A stretch of 44,085 bases of DNA from assembly GCA_016869195.1 (NCBI GenBank), contig VGET01000003.1:1-44085 (forward strand), written 5' to 3'. Position numbers and translations under genes: made by a program. This DNA comes from Alphaproteobacteria bacterium (GTDB lineage: Bacteria; Pseudomonadota; Alphaproteobacteria; UBA828). Below are positions 34,044 through 44,085 of the stretch, piece after piece (the first letter of the stretch is position 1; the number at the start of each line of letters is the position of its first letter). The notes under the pieces were generated by a model. That model saw nothing but the letters and a program-made list of their open reading frames with translations, had not been told where the DNA came from and searched no databases.

Positions 34044-35257
34044 GTGATGCCTCCCTGCCCCCGGTCGAGCCCGGCAACAAGCTCGCGCTCAACATCATGC
34101 ATTTCGCGCGGGCCCTGCGCGCGGCCGGCGTGCCGGTAGGCCCCGGCAAGATGCTCGATGCGATCGCCGCGATCGAGGCGGTCGGCGTCATGCGGCGCGA
34201 TGACTTCTATGCCGCGCTGCGCTCTACGTTATGCGAACGGCGCGAGCACTTCGAGGTGTTCGATCAGGCGTTTAAGCTGTTCTGGCGCGATCCGCGCGTG
34301 GTCGAGCGGCTGCTCTCCCTCCTCTTTTCCAAGGGCCGCCATGTGCCGCTTGAAGGCGGCGGCTCGAGCCGGCGCGTGACCGATGCCCTTTCCTCGCCCG
34401 CCCAGCGCGACGAGCGCGAGGAGCCGAAGGTCGAAATCGAGTTTGACGCCGCGCTGACCTACTCGCGCGACGAGGTGCTGCAGACCCGCGATTTCGAATC
34501 GATGTCGGCCGAGGAATTGGCGGCGGCCAAGGCGGCGATCCGCGCGCTCCGGCTCCCGATCATGGAGGTGCCGACACGGCGCTTCCGCCTCGATCCGCAC
34601 GGCGCGCGCATTGACATGCGGGCCAGCTTGAGGCGGGCGCTGCGCTCGGGCAGCGAGCTGATCGAGCTGAAATACCGCCGGCGGCGCACGCGCCGGCCAC
34701 CGCTGGTCGTGTTGTGCGACGTGTCGGGCTCGATGAGCCGCTATTCGCGCATGCTGCTCCACTTCGTGCATGCGCTCACCAATGATCGCGACCGGGTGCA
34801 TGTGTTCCTGTTCGGCACGCGCCTCACCAACATCTCGCGCCAATTGAAGCACCGCGATCCGGACGTCGCGGTCGAGCGCTCGAGCGCGTCGGTGACGGAC
34901 TGGTCGGGCGGCACCCGCATCGGCCGTTGCCTCGCCGACTTCAACCGCCATTGGTCGCGCCGCGTGCTTGGCCAGGGCGCGCTCGTGATCCTGATCACCG
35001 ATGGGCTCGATCGCGATCTGGTCGATACGCTCGAGGTCGAGATCGAACGGTTGCACCGCTCGTGCCGCCGGCTGATCTGGCTCAACCCGCTACTGCGCTA
35101 TGACCAGTTCAAGCCGGAGGCCGCCGGCATCAAGGCGATCCTGCCCCATGTGGATGAGTTCCGCCCGGTGCACAATCTGCGCAGCCTCGCTGACATCGCG
35201 CGCGCCTTGAGCGAGCCGCTCGCCCGCCGCGAGGACCCCGCCCGCCGCGTGGCGTAG
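34040..35257 (+). CDS. VWA-domain protein (CoxE-like), second copy
   Basis: LCDVSGSM and WLNPL motifs are present. ATGA overlap with the MoxR gene. Confidence 0.75.
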   Translation: MSDASLPPVEPGNKLALNIMHFARALRAAGVPVGPGKMLDAIAAIEAVGVMRRDDFYAALRSTLCERREHFEVFDQAFKLFWRDPRVVERLLSLLFSKGRHVPLEGGGSSRRVTDALSSPAQRDEREEPKVEIEFDAALTYSRDEVLQTRDFESMSAEELAAAKAAIRALRLPIMEVPTRRFRLDPHGARIDMRASLRRALRSGSELIELKYRRRRTRRPPLVVLCDVSGSMSRYSRMLLHFVHALTNDRDRVHVFLFGTRLTNISRQLKHRDPDVAVERSSASVTDWSGGTRIGRCLADFNRHWSRRVLGQGALVILITDGLDRDLVDTLEVEIERLHRSCRRLIWLNPLLRYDQFKPEAAGIKAILPHVDEFRPVHNLRSLADIARALSEPLARREDPARRVA

Positions 35258-35260
35258 GGG

Positions 35261-35584
35261 TTACGCCGCTTCGGGCCGGGATTGGCCCTTGGCATATTGC
35301 CGGATCGTCCGGGCCACCGTTATGCGGTAGTCATCGAAAATGCCGGCCTTGCCTTCGGCTTGGGCGAGACGGTGCTGCTGCACCTCGTGCCAGCGATTGA
35401 CCGAGTCCTCATCGCGCCAGAACGAGACCGAGATGAACTTGCCCTCGTTGGTGACGCTTGCCGCGCGCTCGATCGAGATGAAGCCGTCGAACTCCTTCAC
35501 CATCGGGGTCAGCGCCTTGGCGAGATCAAAATAGCGATCGACGAGGCCCGGCTTCGGGCGAAACTCGAAGACGACGACGATCAT
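35261..35584 (-). CDS. Antibiotic-biosynthesis-monooxygenase (ABM) domain protein
   Basis: 107 aa with a ferredoxin-like pattern: IVVVFEFRPK...GFISIE...ISVSFWRDEDSVNRW. Confidence 0.65.
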   Translation of the reverse strand: MIVVVFEFRPKPGLVDRYFDLAKALTPMVKEFDGFISIERAASVTNEGKFISVSFWRDEDSVNRWHEVQQHRLAQAEGKAGIFDDYRITVARTIRQYAKGQSRPEAA

Positions 35585-36522
35585 GCGCCCTCCTTCGCCG
35601 CCACACGTGGCGCCCGGTTGACGAGATAGAGACCCACGAACAACAGCGCGAGCGCCGCCCAGATCCAGACCGTGGGCTTTTCACCGAACAACGCCGCAGC
35701 CCAGCCGATGCCGCAGAGCGTCGAGATGTAATTGTAGGTCGAGAAGACCACCGGGCCGGCGAGCCGGATGACCTCGTACATCAGCACCATGAACAGCGCG
35801 TCAATGATGGCCGCGACCAGGATCGTATAGCTGCCATCGGCAAACGACACCTCGAAGAACCACCAGGAGCCGTCATAGGCCATGATCGGCAGCATGAAGA
35901 TCGTGGAGGCGGTGAGCACGCCGGCCGCGACCTCCATATTGCCGGCGCCCTCGGGCCGGAAGCGTGCGGCGGAGATATTGGAGATCGCATAGCAAAGTGG
36001 TGCGACGAGCGCGAGCATCACCCAGGGCACCATCTCGGCGGTCAGGAGGCTCGCGCTTTGCAGAAGCGGCGGGATCAGCACGAAAAGCACGCCGCCGAGG
36101 CTTGCTGCGATTCCGAGCGCGCGCGAGGCATAGAGCCGGTCCATGCGGATGAGGACCGCGAAGACGTAGACCAGAACGGGCGTGAGCGTGAGTGTCAGGC
36201 TGATCACGCTTGCCGGCGCGCGCGGCGCCGCCGCGGCCAGCGCCGAGAACGCCACCGCGTAGCCCAGGAGCCCGATGATCAGATAGCTGATCAGCGCGTT
36301 GCGCGTGATTGGCGGGCGGCGCCTGATGATCCCACACAGCAGCCAGAGCAGAATCGCCGCCCCCAGAATTTGCCAGAACACATAGGGGATGAACGGAATG
36401 CCGGCGGTCGTGGCGATGCGGTTGAGCGAGAGCACGAGGCTGTAGGTGACGGCGAGCGTCACCATGAGCGCGAACGCTACGATGCGGGCCGTTGTCGTGC
36501 CGGGTGTGACGCTGAGCTTCAT
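35581..36522 (-). CDS. DMT-superfamily (EamA-like) transporter
   Basis: About 10 predicted hydrophobic segments, paralogous to the upstream gene. ATGA overlaps at both ends. Confidence 0.7.
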   Translation of the reverse strand: MKLSVTPGTTTARIVAFALMVTLAVTYSLVLSLNRIATTAGIPFIPYVFWQILGAAILLWLLCGIIRRRPPITRNALISYLIIGLLGYAVAFSALAAAAPRAPASVISLTLTLTPVLVYVFAVLIRMDRLYASRALGIAASLGGVLFVLIPPLLQSASLLTAEMVPWVMLALVAPLCYAISNISAARFRPEGAGNMEVAAGVLTASTIFMLPIMAYDGSWWFFEVSFADGSYTILVAAIIDALFMVLMYEVIRLAGPVVFSTYNYISTLCGIGWAAALFGEKPTVWIWAALALLFVGLYLVNRAPRVAAKEGA

Positions 36523-37445
36523 GTCGCTGCCGCCGTCGCCGGGCGGTTAGCTGGCCGCGTGACCAGGAAGAGCCCGACGCACATAAGCGCGATCGCGCCC
36601 CAGACATAGCCGCTGTGCTGCTCGCTGAAGATGATCATGCCCCAGACGACGCTTGCCAGCGTGGTGACGAAGTTGTTGGACGAGAACACCACCGGACCCG
36701 CCATGCGGATAATGAGCTGGAACATGACGAAGAAATACGCGTTGACCACGGCCGAGATGATGACCGCCCAGCCCCCCATGGTCAGCCCTTGCGGGAAGAA
36801 CCACCAATCGCCGACGCCAAGCAGAATCGGCACCAGCATGATGGTGCCCGCCACCATGACACCGGTGCCGACCTCGAGCGCTGTCGTCTCCTTCGGCTGG
36901 AAATAGGCCGCCCCGATCGCGGCGAGCGAAAACGAGAGCGGCCCGAGCAGCGCGAACAGCACCCAGAGCGGATCAGCCCCTTCCGAGAGCGCGCCCGCTG
37001 GAATTAGAATCAGCAACACGGCGACGATGCCGGTGATGATGCCGCTGACCCGGATCAGGTTGAACCTGTCCATGCGCAGCAACATCGCCCACAAATAGGT
37101 CAGCAGCGGCGCCAGCGTGAGCCCAATGCTGACGATGCCCGCGGGCAGGCGATTGGCCACGATCATGAAGATGCAATAGGGCACGGCGAGACCGAACGCG
37201 CCGATCGCGCAATAGACGCCGATGTGCCTCGGCGTGAGCCTCGGCCATTCGCGCCGGATCGCACAGATCGCGAGCAGGAGCACCGTGCCGAACGCGGTGT
37301 AGAGGAAGACATAGGGCAGGAACGGAATGCCCTCCTCGGCCGCGAAGCGATTCATCGAGAAGCAGGCACCATAGGGCCCGGAGGCAGCAAACAGGAGCCC
37401 GATGGGCAGAAGGCGCTTGCCGAGGCCCGGTGCCATCGCGCCCAC
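36519..37445 (-). CDS. DMT-superfamily (EamA-like) transporter, tandem paralog
   Basis: Same architecture. It shares the motif EGIPF(L/I)PYVF and the C-terminal LLFVGLYLV / LMCVGLFLV pair with the neighbour. Confidence 0.7.
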   Translation of the reverse strand: MGAMAPGLGKRLLPIGLLFAASGPYGACFSMNRFAAEEGIPFLPYVFLYTAFGTVLLLAICAIRREWPRLTPRHIGVYCAIGAFGLAVPYCIFMIVANRLPAGIVSIGLTLAPLLTYLWAMLLRMDRFNLIRVSGIITGIVAVLLILIPAGALSEGADPLWVLFALLGPLSFSLAAIGAAYFQPKETTALEVGTGVMVAGTIMLVPILLGVGDWWFFPQGLTMGGWAVIISAVVNAYFFVMFQLIIRMAGPVVFSSNNFVTTLASVVWGMIIFSEQHSGYVWGAIALMCVGLFLVTRPANRPATAAAT

Positions 37446-37459
37446 GGCTCCGGCTCCGC

Positions 37460-38389
37460 TCAGTAGCCGACCGAGGGGTCGACCTGATCCTGCGGCGGCA
37501 GGCCCTTGCGCACGCGTTCGAGATTGGCGACGACCTTGCGCGCGCCCGATTCGGGGTTGGTGATCGAGGCGACATGGGGTGTCACGATCACGCGCGGGTG
37601 ACGCCAGAATGGGCTTTCGAGTGGCAGCGGCTCCTTGCGGAAGACATCGAGCACCGCAGCTGAGAGATGGCCGGATTCCATCAACGCGGCGAGGTCCGGC
37701 TCGACCAGGTGCCCGCCGCGCCCAAGATTGATCAGCGCCGCCCCTTTGGGCAGCGCGCCCAGCGTCTCCTTGTTCAGAATCGCCTCGGTCTCGGGCGTGA
37801 GCGGCAGGAGACAGACCAGAATCTCGCTGCGCGCCAGGATACGTTTCAGCCCATCCGCGCCGTGGAACGTTTCGACGCCGGGCACCGACCGCGGCGAGCG
37901 GCTATAGCCCGCGACCTGGAAGCCGAACTCGGCGAGCTTGCGCGCGGTCGCCCCGCCGAGCACGCCAAGCCCGAGGATCCCAACCCGGCGCTCGCGCGCC
38001 AGCGGCTGCGGCAGCTCGCGCCATTCGAGCCGACGCTGCAGGTCGAGATACTCCGGCAGGCGCCGATGGCAGGCAAGCACATGCAGCACCGCGTACTCGG
38101 TCATCATCGCGGTGAGGTCGTCATCGACAAAGCGTGTGACCGGCACGCCTTTCGGCAGCAAGGTGTCGCGCAGCAGATGATCGACGCCGGCGCCGAGCGA
38201 GGCGATCAGCTTCAGGTTCGGCAGGTTGAGCAGCGATTCGCGCGGTGGACGCCAGACCAGTGCGACCTCGATGTCCTCCGCCCGGCCGACATCGGGCCAG
38301 GCACGCACCTCGAGCGAGGGCATGAACTTGCCGAAGGCCCGTTTCCAGTCCTCCGGCGAATCGACATGACTGATGAACAGAAGTGCCAT
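37460..38389 (-). CDS. ghrA: D-2-hydroxyacid dehydrogenase family, glyoxylate/hydroxypyruvate reductase A-like
   Basis: It can be aligned end to end with my recollection of E. coli GhrA: VRAW...ALVWRPP, GILGLGVLG NAD motif, NLGRGGHLVE, LDVF..EPLP..SP.W.HPRV..TPH.A. ends ...VGY. Confidence 0.65.
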   Translation of the reverse strand: MALLFISHVDSPEDWKRAFGKFMPSLEVRAWPDVGRAEDIEVALVWRPPRESLLNLPNLKLIASLGAGVDHLLRDTLLPKGVPVTRFVDDDLTAMMTEYAVLHVLACHRRLPEYLDLQRRLEWRELPQPLARERRVGILGLGVLGGATARKLAEFGFQVAGYSRSPRSVPGVETFHGADGLKRILARSEILVCLLPLTPETEAILNKETLGALPKGAALINLGRGGHLVEPDLAALMESGHLSAAVLDVFRKEPLPLESPFWRHPRVIVTPHVASITNPESGARKVVANLERVRKGLPPQDQVDPSVGY

Positions 38390-38509
38390 GGGATTTGCTT
38401 AGCATGCTCGTCGCGTCCGACAAAGCCCGTATCGGCGGGCTCAACGGTGCATGAACAGCCGGCGTGCTATAAGAAGGTCAGACCACGCAAGAGGGATAGG
38501 TCGGAGCCG

Positions 38510-41500
38510 ATGACAAGCGATCCAGGCCGCAGGTTCTGTCGAGCCTGCGGCCGTCCCTTGAGTCTTGGCGATCGATTTTGTGGCGAGTGCGGCGCAAAAG
38601 CAACCGCGCCTCCGCCGCAGGCGTCGCGCGACCCCGCACAAGCTGACGGTGGCGAACGCCGTCAGGTCACCATCCTGTTCGCCGATCTTTCCGGCTTCAC
38701 CGAGCTCTCGCGCACGCTCGACCCCGAGGACGTGCACAGCCTACTCGAGCGCTACTTCGAGCTGGTCGACCAGACGGTCGCGCGCTTCGGCGGCACGATC
38801 GACAAGCACATGGGCGATGGCGCGATGGCGCTGTTCGGCGCGCCGCTGGCACATGGCAACGACCCCGAGCGCGCGGTGCGCGCCGCGCTCGCCATTCACG
38901 GTGGCCTTGGGCCACTCTCGCAGGATGTCGGCGCCCGCCTCTGTTGCCATATCGGCATCGCGAGCGGCGAGGTGATCGCAAGCGACGTCGGCAGCGAAGA
39001 AAGACGCGATTACACGGTGCTCGGCCATTCGGTGAATCTGGCGGCGCGCTTGTTGGGCGCGGCGGGGGCCGAGCAGACCGTGGTTTCCGAAGCCGTGCAT
39101 CGCGCGGTTGCCGACATCGTCGAGGCGGAGGCGCTCGAGCCGATTGCGCTCAAGGGCATCGCTGAGCCGGTGGCGGCGTTCCGAATTCGCAGCGTTGCCG
39201 CCGCCGGCACGCGTGCCGTGCGCGGCTCGATGATCGGCCGGGGCGCCGAGCGCCGCCAATTCGATGGCATCCTCGCCGGCGCGAAATCCTCTCGCGCCGG
39301 CGCGGTCGTGCTCGTGCGGGGCGAGGCCGGCATCGGCAAGACGCGGCTGGTCACAGCGTTTAGGGCGCGAGCGCGCAAGGCGGGCTTCTCGGTTCACGCG
39401 GCAAGCGTGCTCGACTTTGGCAGCACGAGCGGCAACGCGCTTGGCACTCTGTTGCGCAGCCTGTTGCGCCTGAAGCCGGACGCCGATGAGGCCTCGCGAC
39501 GCCAAGCGGCGGAAGCGGCGATCAGCCGAAAAGAACTTTCGGCCGAGCAACGCCTCTTTCTCTACGACCTGCTTGACCTGCCGCTCTCCGCCGACATGCG
39601 CGCGATGCTCGATGCCATGGCGAGCGCGGCGCGCTCAGAGAGCCGCAGCGCCTGTCTCGTTCGGCTCGCGCGCCGACGGGCACGCAAGAAACCCAGGGTG
39701 TTTGTGATCGAGGACGTCCACTGGACCGATCGTGTGACCCTCGAAACCCTGACGCGTCTGGCCCGAGGCGCCCGAAATGCGCCCTATGTTCTGGTGATGA
39801 CGACGCGGCCCGAGGGTGACCCGATCGATGCCGCGTGGCGGGCGGCAGCTGGCGGCGTCGGCCTCGCGACCATCGACCTCGCACCACTGCAGAAGGCCGA
39901 GGCTGAGAAGCTGGCCTGGCGCTTCCTCCTCCCCGGCAATAAGGACGCGCGCCGGTGCGTGACGCGAGCCGGCGGCAATCCGCTGTTCCTTGAGCAGCTT
40001 CTCCTGAGCGCGCGCGCCGGTGAGCTCGAGCGCCTGCCGGGCTCAGTGCAGAGCGTCGTGCTCGCCCGCATCGATCGGCTGGAACCTCAGGATCGGCGGA
40101 CAATTCAAGCCGCCTCGGTGCTCGGCCAACGCTTCACGCCGGAGGTCGTGGCCTATCTGCTCGACGTGCCGATCGTCTCCTGCGAGGCGCTGGTGCGCTA
40201 CAATTTGGTGCGCCCGATCGGCCAGGGCTTTCTCTTCGCCCACGCCTTGATCCGCGAGGGCGTCTATGGCGCGCTCCTGAAGCGCCGCCGGCAGGAAATG
40301 CACAAGCGGGCCGCGCAATGGTTCGCAACGCGCGATGCCGCGCTCCACGCCGAGCATCTGGAGCGGGCGCAAGACGAGGCGGCGCCCCTTGCCTATCTCG
40401 CTGCCGCGCGGCAGCAGGCCGAGCAATATCGGCACGAGGAAGCGCTCGGGCTGTTGCGTCGCGGCCTTGCGCTCGCCGCGTCGCCGGTGCAGCGCCATGG
40501 CCTTCATCTTCTTGAAGCGGACGTGTTGCGCGAGCTCGGCCATCACCGCCTGGCGGTCAAGGCGGCGAAGGGCGCCTACCGCGCCGCTTCGGACGACCTC
40601 GAGCGGGCGCGCGCCCTGATCAGCGTGGCCGAAGGCCTGCGTGTGCTGGACCAGCTGGATGACGCCCTCACCAGCCTCGATCGGGCGCAACGGCTGATCG
40701 GCACGCGCGATCATCCGTTCGAGCGCTCGCGCATTCACTATTTGCGCGGCAATCTCTATTTCCCGATGGGCAAGGTCGCCGAGTGTCTCGCCGAGCATGA
40801 GGCCGCGCTGATGCAGGCGAAATTCGCAGCCTCGATCGAAGGTGAGGTGCGCGCGCTCGGCGGCATCGCGGATGCGCTCTATGCCCAGGGGCGCTTTCGC
40901 AGCGCGCATGAGCACTTCGAGCGATGCGTCAATCAGGCCGAGGCCCATGGCTTCGGCCGAATCGCGGTGGCGAACCGGCCGATGCTGTGCGCGACCGCCT
41001 CCTTGCTGGGGCGCTACGAGGACAACCGGCGCTACGCCGAGCGTGCCATTGCCGATGCCGTGCGCGCCGGCAACAAGCGGGCGGAGCTCGTCGCCCGCAC
41101 AGCCTTCGCCATGGGTGAGTTTCAACGCCGGGACTTCGAGTCACTCGGCCGGCAGATCGAGGCTTGCGAGAAAGTGCTGCAGTCGATCGATGCGCCGCGC
41201 TTCAAGGCTGAGATCGAAACCAAAGCCGCGCTGCTGGCGCTCGATGCCGATGGGCGCGGCGGGCGTGCGCTCGCGCTGGTGCGAGAGGCCCTGGCGACCG
41301 CGCGGCAATCCGGCATGGCGTATATGGGCCCTTGGATTCTGGGTGTGCTCGCCATTGCCACGACGGACGATGCCGAACGCGAGGCGGCGCTGGCCGAGGC
41401 CGAGGCTCTGCTCGCCGCCGGCGCGGTGTCGCACAACCATGCGATGTTCTATCCGATTGCGATCGAACTCAGTGTCGAACGGGAAGACTGGGCCGAGGCG

Positions 41501-41716
41501 GAGCGTTATGCGGCGTTGCTTGAAGCGGCGTTCGCCGCCGAGCCGACACCGCGCGCATCGCACGAGATCGCGGTGGCGCGCGCTCTTGCCTGGGCAGCGC
41601 GAGAGCCGGCCTCGGATGCGTACCAGGACGAAATCCATCTGCTCATCGCCGAGCAGGAGAGGCTGGGTCAGCACTTCTGCCGCGCGGCCCTCGGTGCGGC
41701 GCTCAAGCGCCGTTAA
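38510..41716 (+). CDS. Multidomain signalling protein: zinc ribbon, class III adenylate/guanylate cyclase, STAND/AAA ATPase, TPR-like repeats
   Basis: ATG at 38510. CRACG-N10-CGECG zinc ribbon. Cyclase motifs are present ([37 protein letters not shown]). Walker A GEAGIGKT and Walker [12 protein letters not shown] are present, followed by a long helical repeat region. The upstream 843 nt of the ORF-track ORF is antisense to ghrA and is not counted. Confidence 0.8.
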   Translation: MTSDPGRRFCRACGRPLSLGDRFCGECGAKATAPPPQASRDPAQADGGERRQVTILFADLSGFTELSRTLDPEDVHSLLERYFELVDQTVARFGGTIDKHMGDGAMALFGAPLAHGNDPERAVRAALAIHGGLGPLSQDVGARLCCHIGIASGEVIASDVGSEERRDYTVLGHSVNLAARLLGAAGAEQTVVSEAVHRAVADIVEAEALEPIALKGIAEPVAAFRIRSVAAAGTRAVRGSMIGRGAERRQFDGILAGAKSSRAGAVVLVRGEAGIGKTRLVTAFRARARKAGFSVHAASVLDFGSTSGNALGTLLRSLLRLKPDADEASRRQAAEAAISRKELSAEQRLFLYDLLDLPLSADMRAMLDAMASAARSESRSACLVRLARRRARKKPRVFVIEDVHWTDRVTLETLTRLARGARNAPYVLVMTTRPEGDPIDAAWRAAAGGVGLATIDLAPLQKAEAEKLAWRFLLPGNKDARRCVTRAGGNPLFLEQLLLSARAGELERLPGSVQSVVLARIDRLEPQDRRTIQAASVLGQRFTPEVVAYLLDVPIVSCEALVRYNLVRPIGQGFLFAHALIREGVYGALLKRRRQEMHKRAAQWFATRDAALHAEHLERAQDEAAPLAYLAAARQQAEQYRHEEALGLLRRGLALAASPVQRHGLHLLEADVLRELGHHRLAVKAAKGAYRAASDDLERARALISVAEGLRVLDQLDDALTSLDRAQRLIGTRDHPFERSRIHYLRGNLYFPMGKVAECLAEHEAALMQAKFAASIEGEVRALGGIADALYAQGRFRSAHEHFERCVNQAEAHGFGRIAVANRPMLCATASLLGRYEDNRRYAERAIADAVRAGNKRAELVARTAFAMGEFQRRDFESLGRQIEACEKVLQSIDAPRFKAEIETKAALLALDADGRGGRALALVREALATARQSGMAYMGPWILGVLAIATTDDAEREAALAEAEALLAAGAVSHNHAMFYPIAIELSVEREDWAEAERYAALLEAAFAAEPTPRASHEIAVARALAWAAREPASDAYQDEIHLLIAEQERLGQHFCRAALGAALKRR

Positions 41717-44085
41717 GGAGCGCCCTTAAGCGATAGACCAGCTCGAGCGCGGTGCGCGGCGTCAGCTCATCGGGGTTGATCGCCTTGAGTTCCATAAGCG
41801 CCGGGTTCTCCGGCACAGGCTCGCGCCTGGCCGCGGCCGCCGCGGCAAACAGCGGCAAATCATGCGCGAGGCGGGCGAGGGCGCTCGCCGGTTCGCCCTT
41901 TTCGAGCGTCGCCAGCACTTCCTCCGCCTGGCCGATCACGACGGGTGGCAGGCCGGCAAGCTTCGCCACGTGAATGCCATAGGAGCGATCGGCGGTGCCG
42001 GGCGCGACCTCGTGCAGGAACACGACTTCGCCCTTCCACTCCTTGACCCGCATGGTGTAGCAGCCGAGCGCCGAGAGGCGTTCCTTCAGCGCGGTCAGCT
42101 CGTGATAGTGCGTGGCGAACAACGTGCGGCAGCGATTGATGTCGTGCAGATGCTCGAGCGTGGCCCAGGCGATCGAGAGTCCATCGAACGTCGCAGTGCC
42201 ACGCCCGATCTCGTCCAAGATGACGAGTGAGCGCTCGGTTGCGAGGTTGAGAATCGCGGCGGTCTCGATCATCTCGACCATGAAGGTCGAGCGCCCGCGC
42301 GCGAGATCATCGGCCGCGCCGACCCGACTGAACAGCCGGTCGACCACGCCGACCTGGGCATGTTCGGCCGGCACGTAGGAGCCCATTTGCGCCAGGATCG
42401 CGATCAACGCGTTCTGCCGCAGGAACGTGCTCTTGCCCGCCATGTTGGGTCCGGTCAGAAGCCAGAGGCGCTCCTGCTCTCCCAGCGCGCAGTCATTGGG
42501 CATGAAGCGCCCCGACGCCGCCGTGCCCTCGGCCAGCGCCTCGACCACCGGGTGGCGCCCGCCCACGATCCTGAAGCTGGTTGAGCGATCGAGCGTCGGG
42601 CGCGCATAGCGGCGTTCAACCGCGAGCGTCGCGAGCCCTGCGGCGACGTCGAGCGCAGCCAACGCCTCCGCCGCGCGCGCGATGTCATCGGCCCTGAGGC
42701 TTACCTCCTGAACGAGCTGCTCGAAGATCTCGAGCTCGAGCGCGAGCGCCTTGTCGGCCGCCTCGATGATGGCACGCTCGAGCTTGGCCAGCTCATCAGT
42801 CATGAAGCGCACCGCGCCCGCCAGGCTTTGTCGCTGAACGAACGGCGTGGTCAATTTGGGCGCGTGCGTCGGCGTCACCTCGATGTAATAGCCGAGCACG
42901 TTGTTGTGGCGGATCTTGAGGGAGGCGATGCCGGTTTCGCTGCGATAGCGCGCCTCGAGCGCCGCGATCAGCTTCATGCCCTCGTCACGCAAGGCGACCT
43001 GCGCATCGAGCGCCTCGTTGTAGCCGCGCGCGACGAACCGGCCGTCGCGCGCCAGATACCCAGGCGAAGGAACGAGCGCACGCGATAAACGATCGACCAG
43101 CTCATCGTGCACGCCGAGGGAACGGGCGAGCGCCACGATCGGTGGCGGCGGCGTTGCGTCAAGCGATGGCGGCGGCGCATTGGCGAGCGCGGCCTTGACA
43201 CCGGGGATTTCGGCGAGCCCGTTGCGCAACGCCGCGAGATCGCGCGGACCACCGCGTCCGACCGTGAGCCGCGCGAGCGCCCGCTCAAGATCGGGCACCC
43301 GGCGAAGCGCGCTGCGCACCGCGCTGCGCGCCTCTGTTTGCGCGATGAAATAGGCGATCTCGTCGAGCCGTGCCTCGATCGCGGCGATGTCGGTCAACGG
43401 CGCGCCCAGACGTGCGAGCAGAAGGCGTGCGCCGGCACCGCTCACCGTCTGATCGATCGCTTCGAGCAGCGAGCCGCCGCGCCCGCCCGAGAGCGACTCT
43501 GCAAGCTCGAGATTACGGCGCGTCGCAGCATCGATCGCCATAAGCGCCCCTTCGTCGAGCCGGCGCGGGCGCGCGAGATGGGGCAATCGGCCGCGCTGGG
43601 TGAGCGCGATGTATTCGATGAGGGCGCCGAGCGCGGCAAGCTCGGCCCGCTCGAACGTGCCGAAGGCGTCGAGCGCCGCGACCTTGAACACATCCTTGAG
43701 ACGGCGCTCCCCAGCCTGGCTGTCAAACAGCGCTGCCGGTTGCGGCGTCAACGCCCTCTTCCACGCGGCAAACAGCTCGAACAGGCTCGGCTCCTGCAAC
43801 AGCGTGTCGGCGAGCAACAGCTCGCCGGGCTGCAGGCGTGCCAATTCGGCCGCGAGCCCGCCGGCCTTCACCGGCATCGAGACGATCGCGCCCGTCGACA
43901 TGTCTGCCGAGGCCAGGGCGAAGCGCTCGCCCGCCCGCGCGAGTGCCACGAGATGGTTGGGGCGGCGGGCATCAAGGAGCGCGTCTTCGGTCAGCGTGCC
44001 GGGCGTGACCAAACGCACGACGTCACGTGCGACAAGGGCCTTGGAGCCGCGCTTGCGGGCCGCCGCCGGCTCCTCGACTTGTTCA
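41703..44085 (-). CDS. mutS: DNA mismatch repair protein MutS (5' end lies beyond the window)
   Basis: Walker [35 protein letters not shown] and VVFLHEV motifs are present. The reading frame stays open to the window edge (..[11 protein letters not shown]). Confidence 0.9.
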   Translation of the reverse strand, partial: EQVEEPAAARKRGSKALVARDVVRLVTPGTLTEDALLDARRPNHLVALARAGERFALASADMSTGAIVSMPVKAGGLAAELARLQPGELLLADTLLQEPSLFELFAAWKRALTPQPAALFDSQAGERRLKDVFKVAALDAFGTFERAELAALGALIEYIALTQRGRLPHLARPRRLDEGALMAIDAATRRNLELAESLSGGRGGSLLEAIDQTVSGAGARLLLARLGAPLTDIAAIEARLDEIAYFIAQTEARSAVRSALRRVPDLERALARLTVGRGGPRDLAALRNGLAEIPGVKAALANAPPPSLDATPPPPIVALARSLGVHDELVDRLSRALVPSPGYLARDGRFVARGYNEALDAQVALRDEGMKLIAALEARYRSETGIASLKIRHNNVLGYYIEVTPTHAPKLTTPFVQRQSLAGAVRFMTDELAKLERAIIEAADKALALELEIFEQLVQEVSLRADDIARAAEALAALDVAAGLATLAVERRYARPTLDRSTSFRIVGGRHPVVEALAEGTAASGRFMPNDCALGEQERLWLLTGPNMAGKSTFLRQNALIAILAQMGSYVPAEHAQVGVVDRLFSRVGAADDLARGRSTFMVEMIETAAILNLATERSLVILDEIGRGTATFDGLSIAWATLEHLHDINRCRTLFATHYHELTALKERLSALGCYTMRVKEWKGEVVFLHEVAPGTADRSYGIHVAKLAGLPPVVIGQAEEVLATLEKGEPASALARLAHDLPLFAAAAAARREPVPENPALMELKAINPDELTPRTALELVYRLRALLNGA

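Noticed and set aside
37667-38509. N-terminal 281 codons of the 1349-aa ORF that contains the cyclase protein.
   Set aside because: This part is antisense to the well-supported GhrA-like gene and has shadow-ORF composition. The recognisable protein begins at the ATG at 38510 with the zinc ribbon.

Overview
High-GC (about 65%) alphaproteobacterial-looking chromosomal DNA (Hyphomicrobiales/Bradyrhizobiaceae style), densely coding and dominated by accessory catabolic modules. From left to right there are six blocks. (1) A two-subunit N,N-dimethylformamidase-like amidase operon, whose large-subunit gene carries an in-frame TAA. (2) On the minus strand, an N-methylglutamate-type C1-amine module (FAD oxidoreductase, gmaS-like, mgsABC-like) with a divergent GntR regulator. 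(3) A PIN/AbrB toxin-antitoxin pair. (4) Three xanthine-dehydrogenase/CoxL-family molybdoenzyme loci: one in M-S-L order, one in L-S-M order, each followed by a MoxR-ATPase/VWA pair, and one orphan large subunit. These sit in a probable GntR-controlled island with an FAD monooxygenase, a SnoaL-like protein, an amidohydrolase, an SDR, an MFS transporter that also has an in-frame TAA, and two tandem paralogous small secreted proteins. (5) An ABM / 2x EamA / GhrA-like operon. (6) A zinc-ribbon, class III cyclase, STAND ATPase, TPR giant protein and the 3' three quarters of mutS. I saw no rRNA, complete tRNA, CRISPR array, transposase or integrase. The most noteworthy observations: two nonsense codons of the same kind (TAA where homologs appear to have Tyr); a roughly 40-bp imperfect inverted repeat bracketing the methylamine module; a shared AGATTGTAT motif at three promoters of the molybdoenzyme island; the uncharacterised secreted-protein pair; and a family of CCCTCCCC/GGGGAGGG palindromic elements. 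All functional calls rest on reading the translated ORFs and recalling family motifs. No database search was possible.
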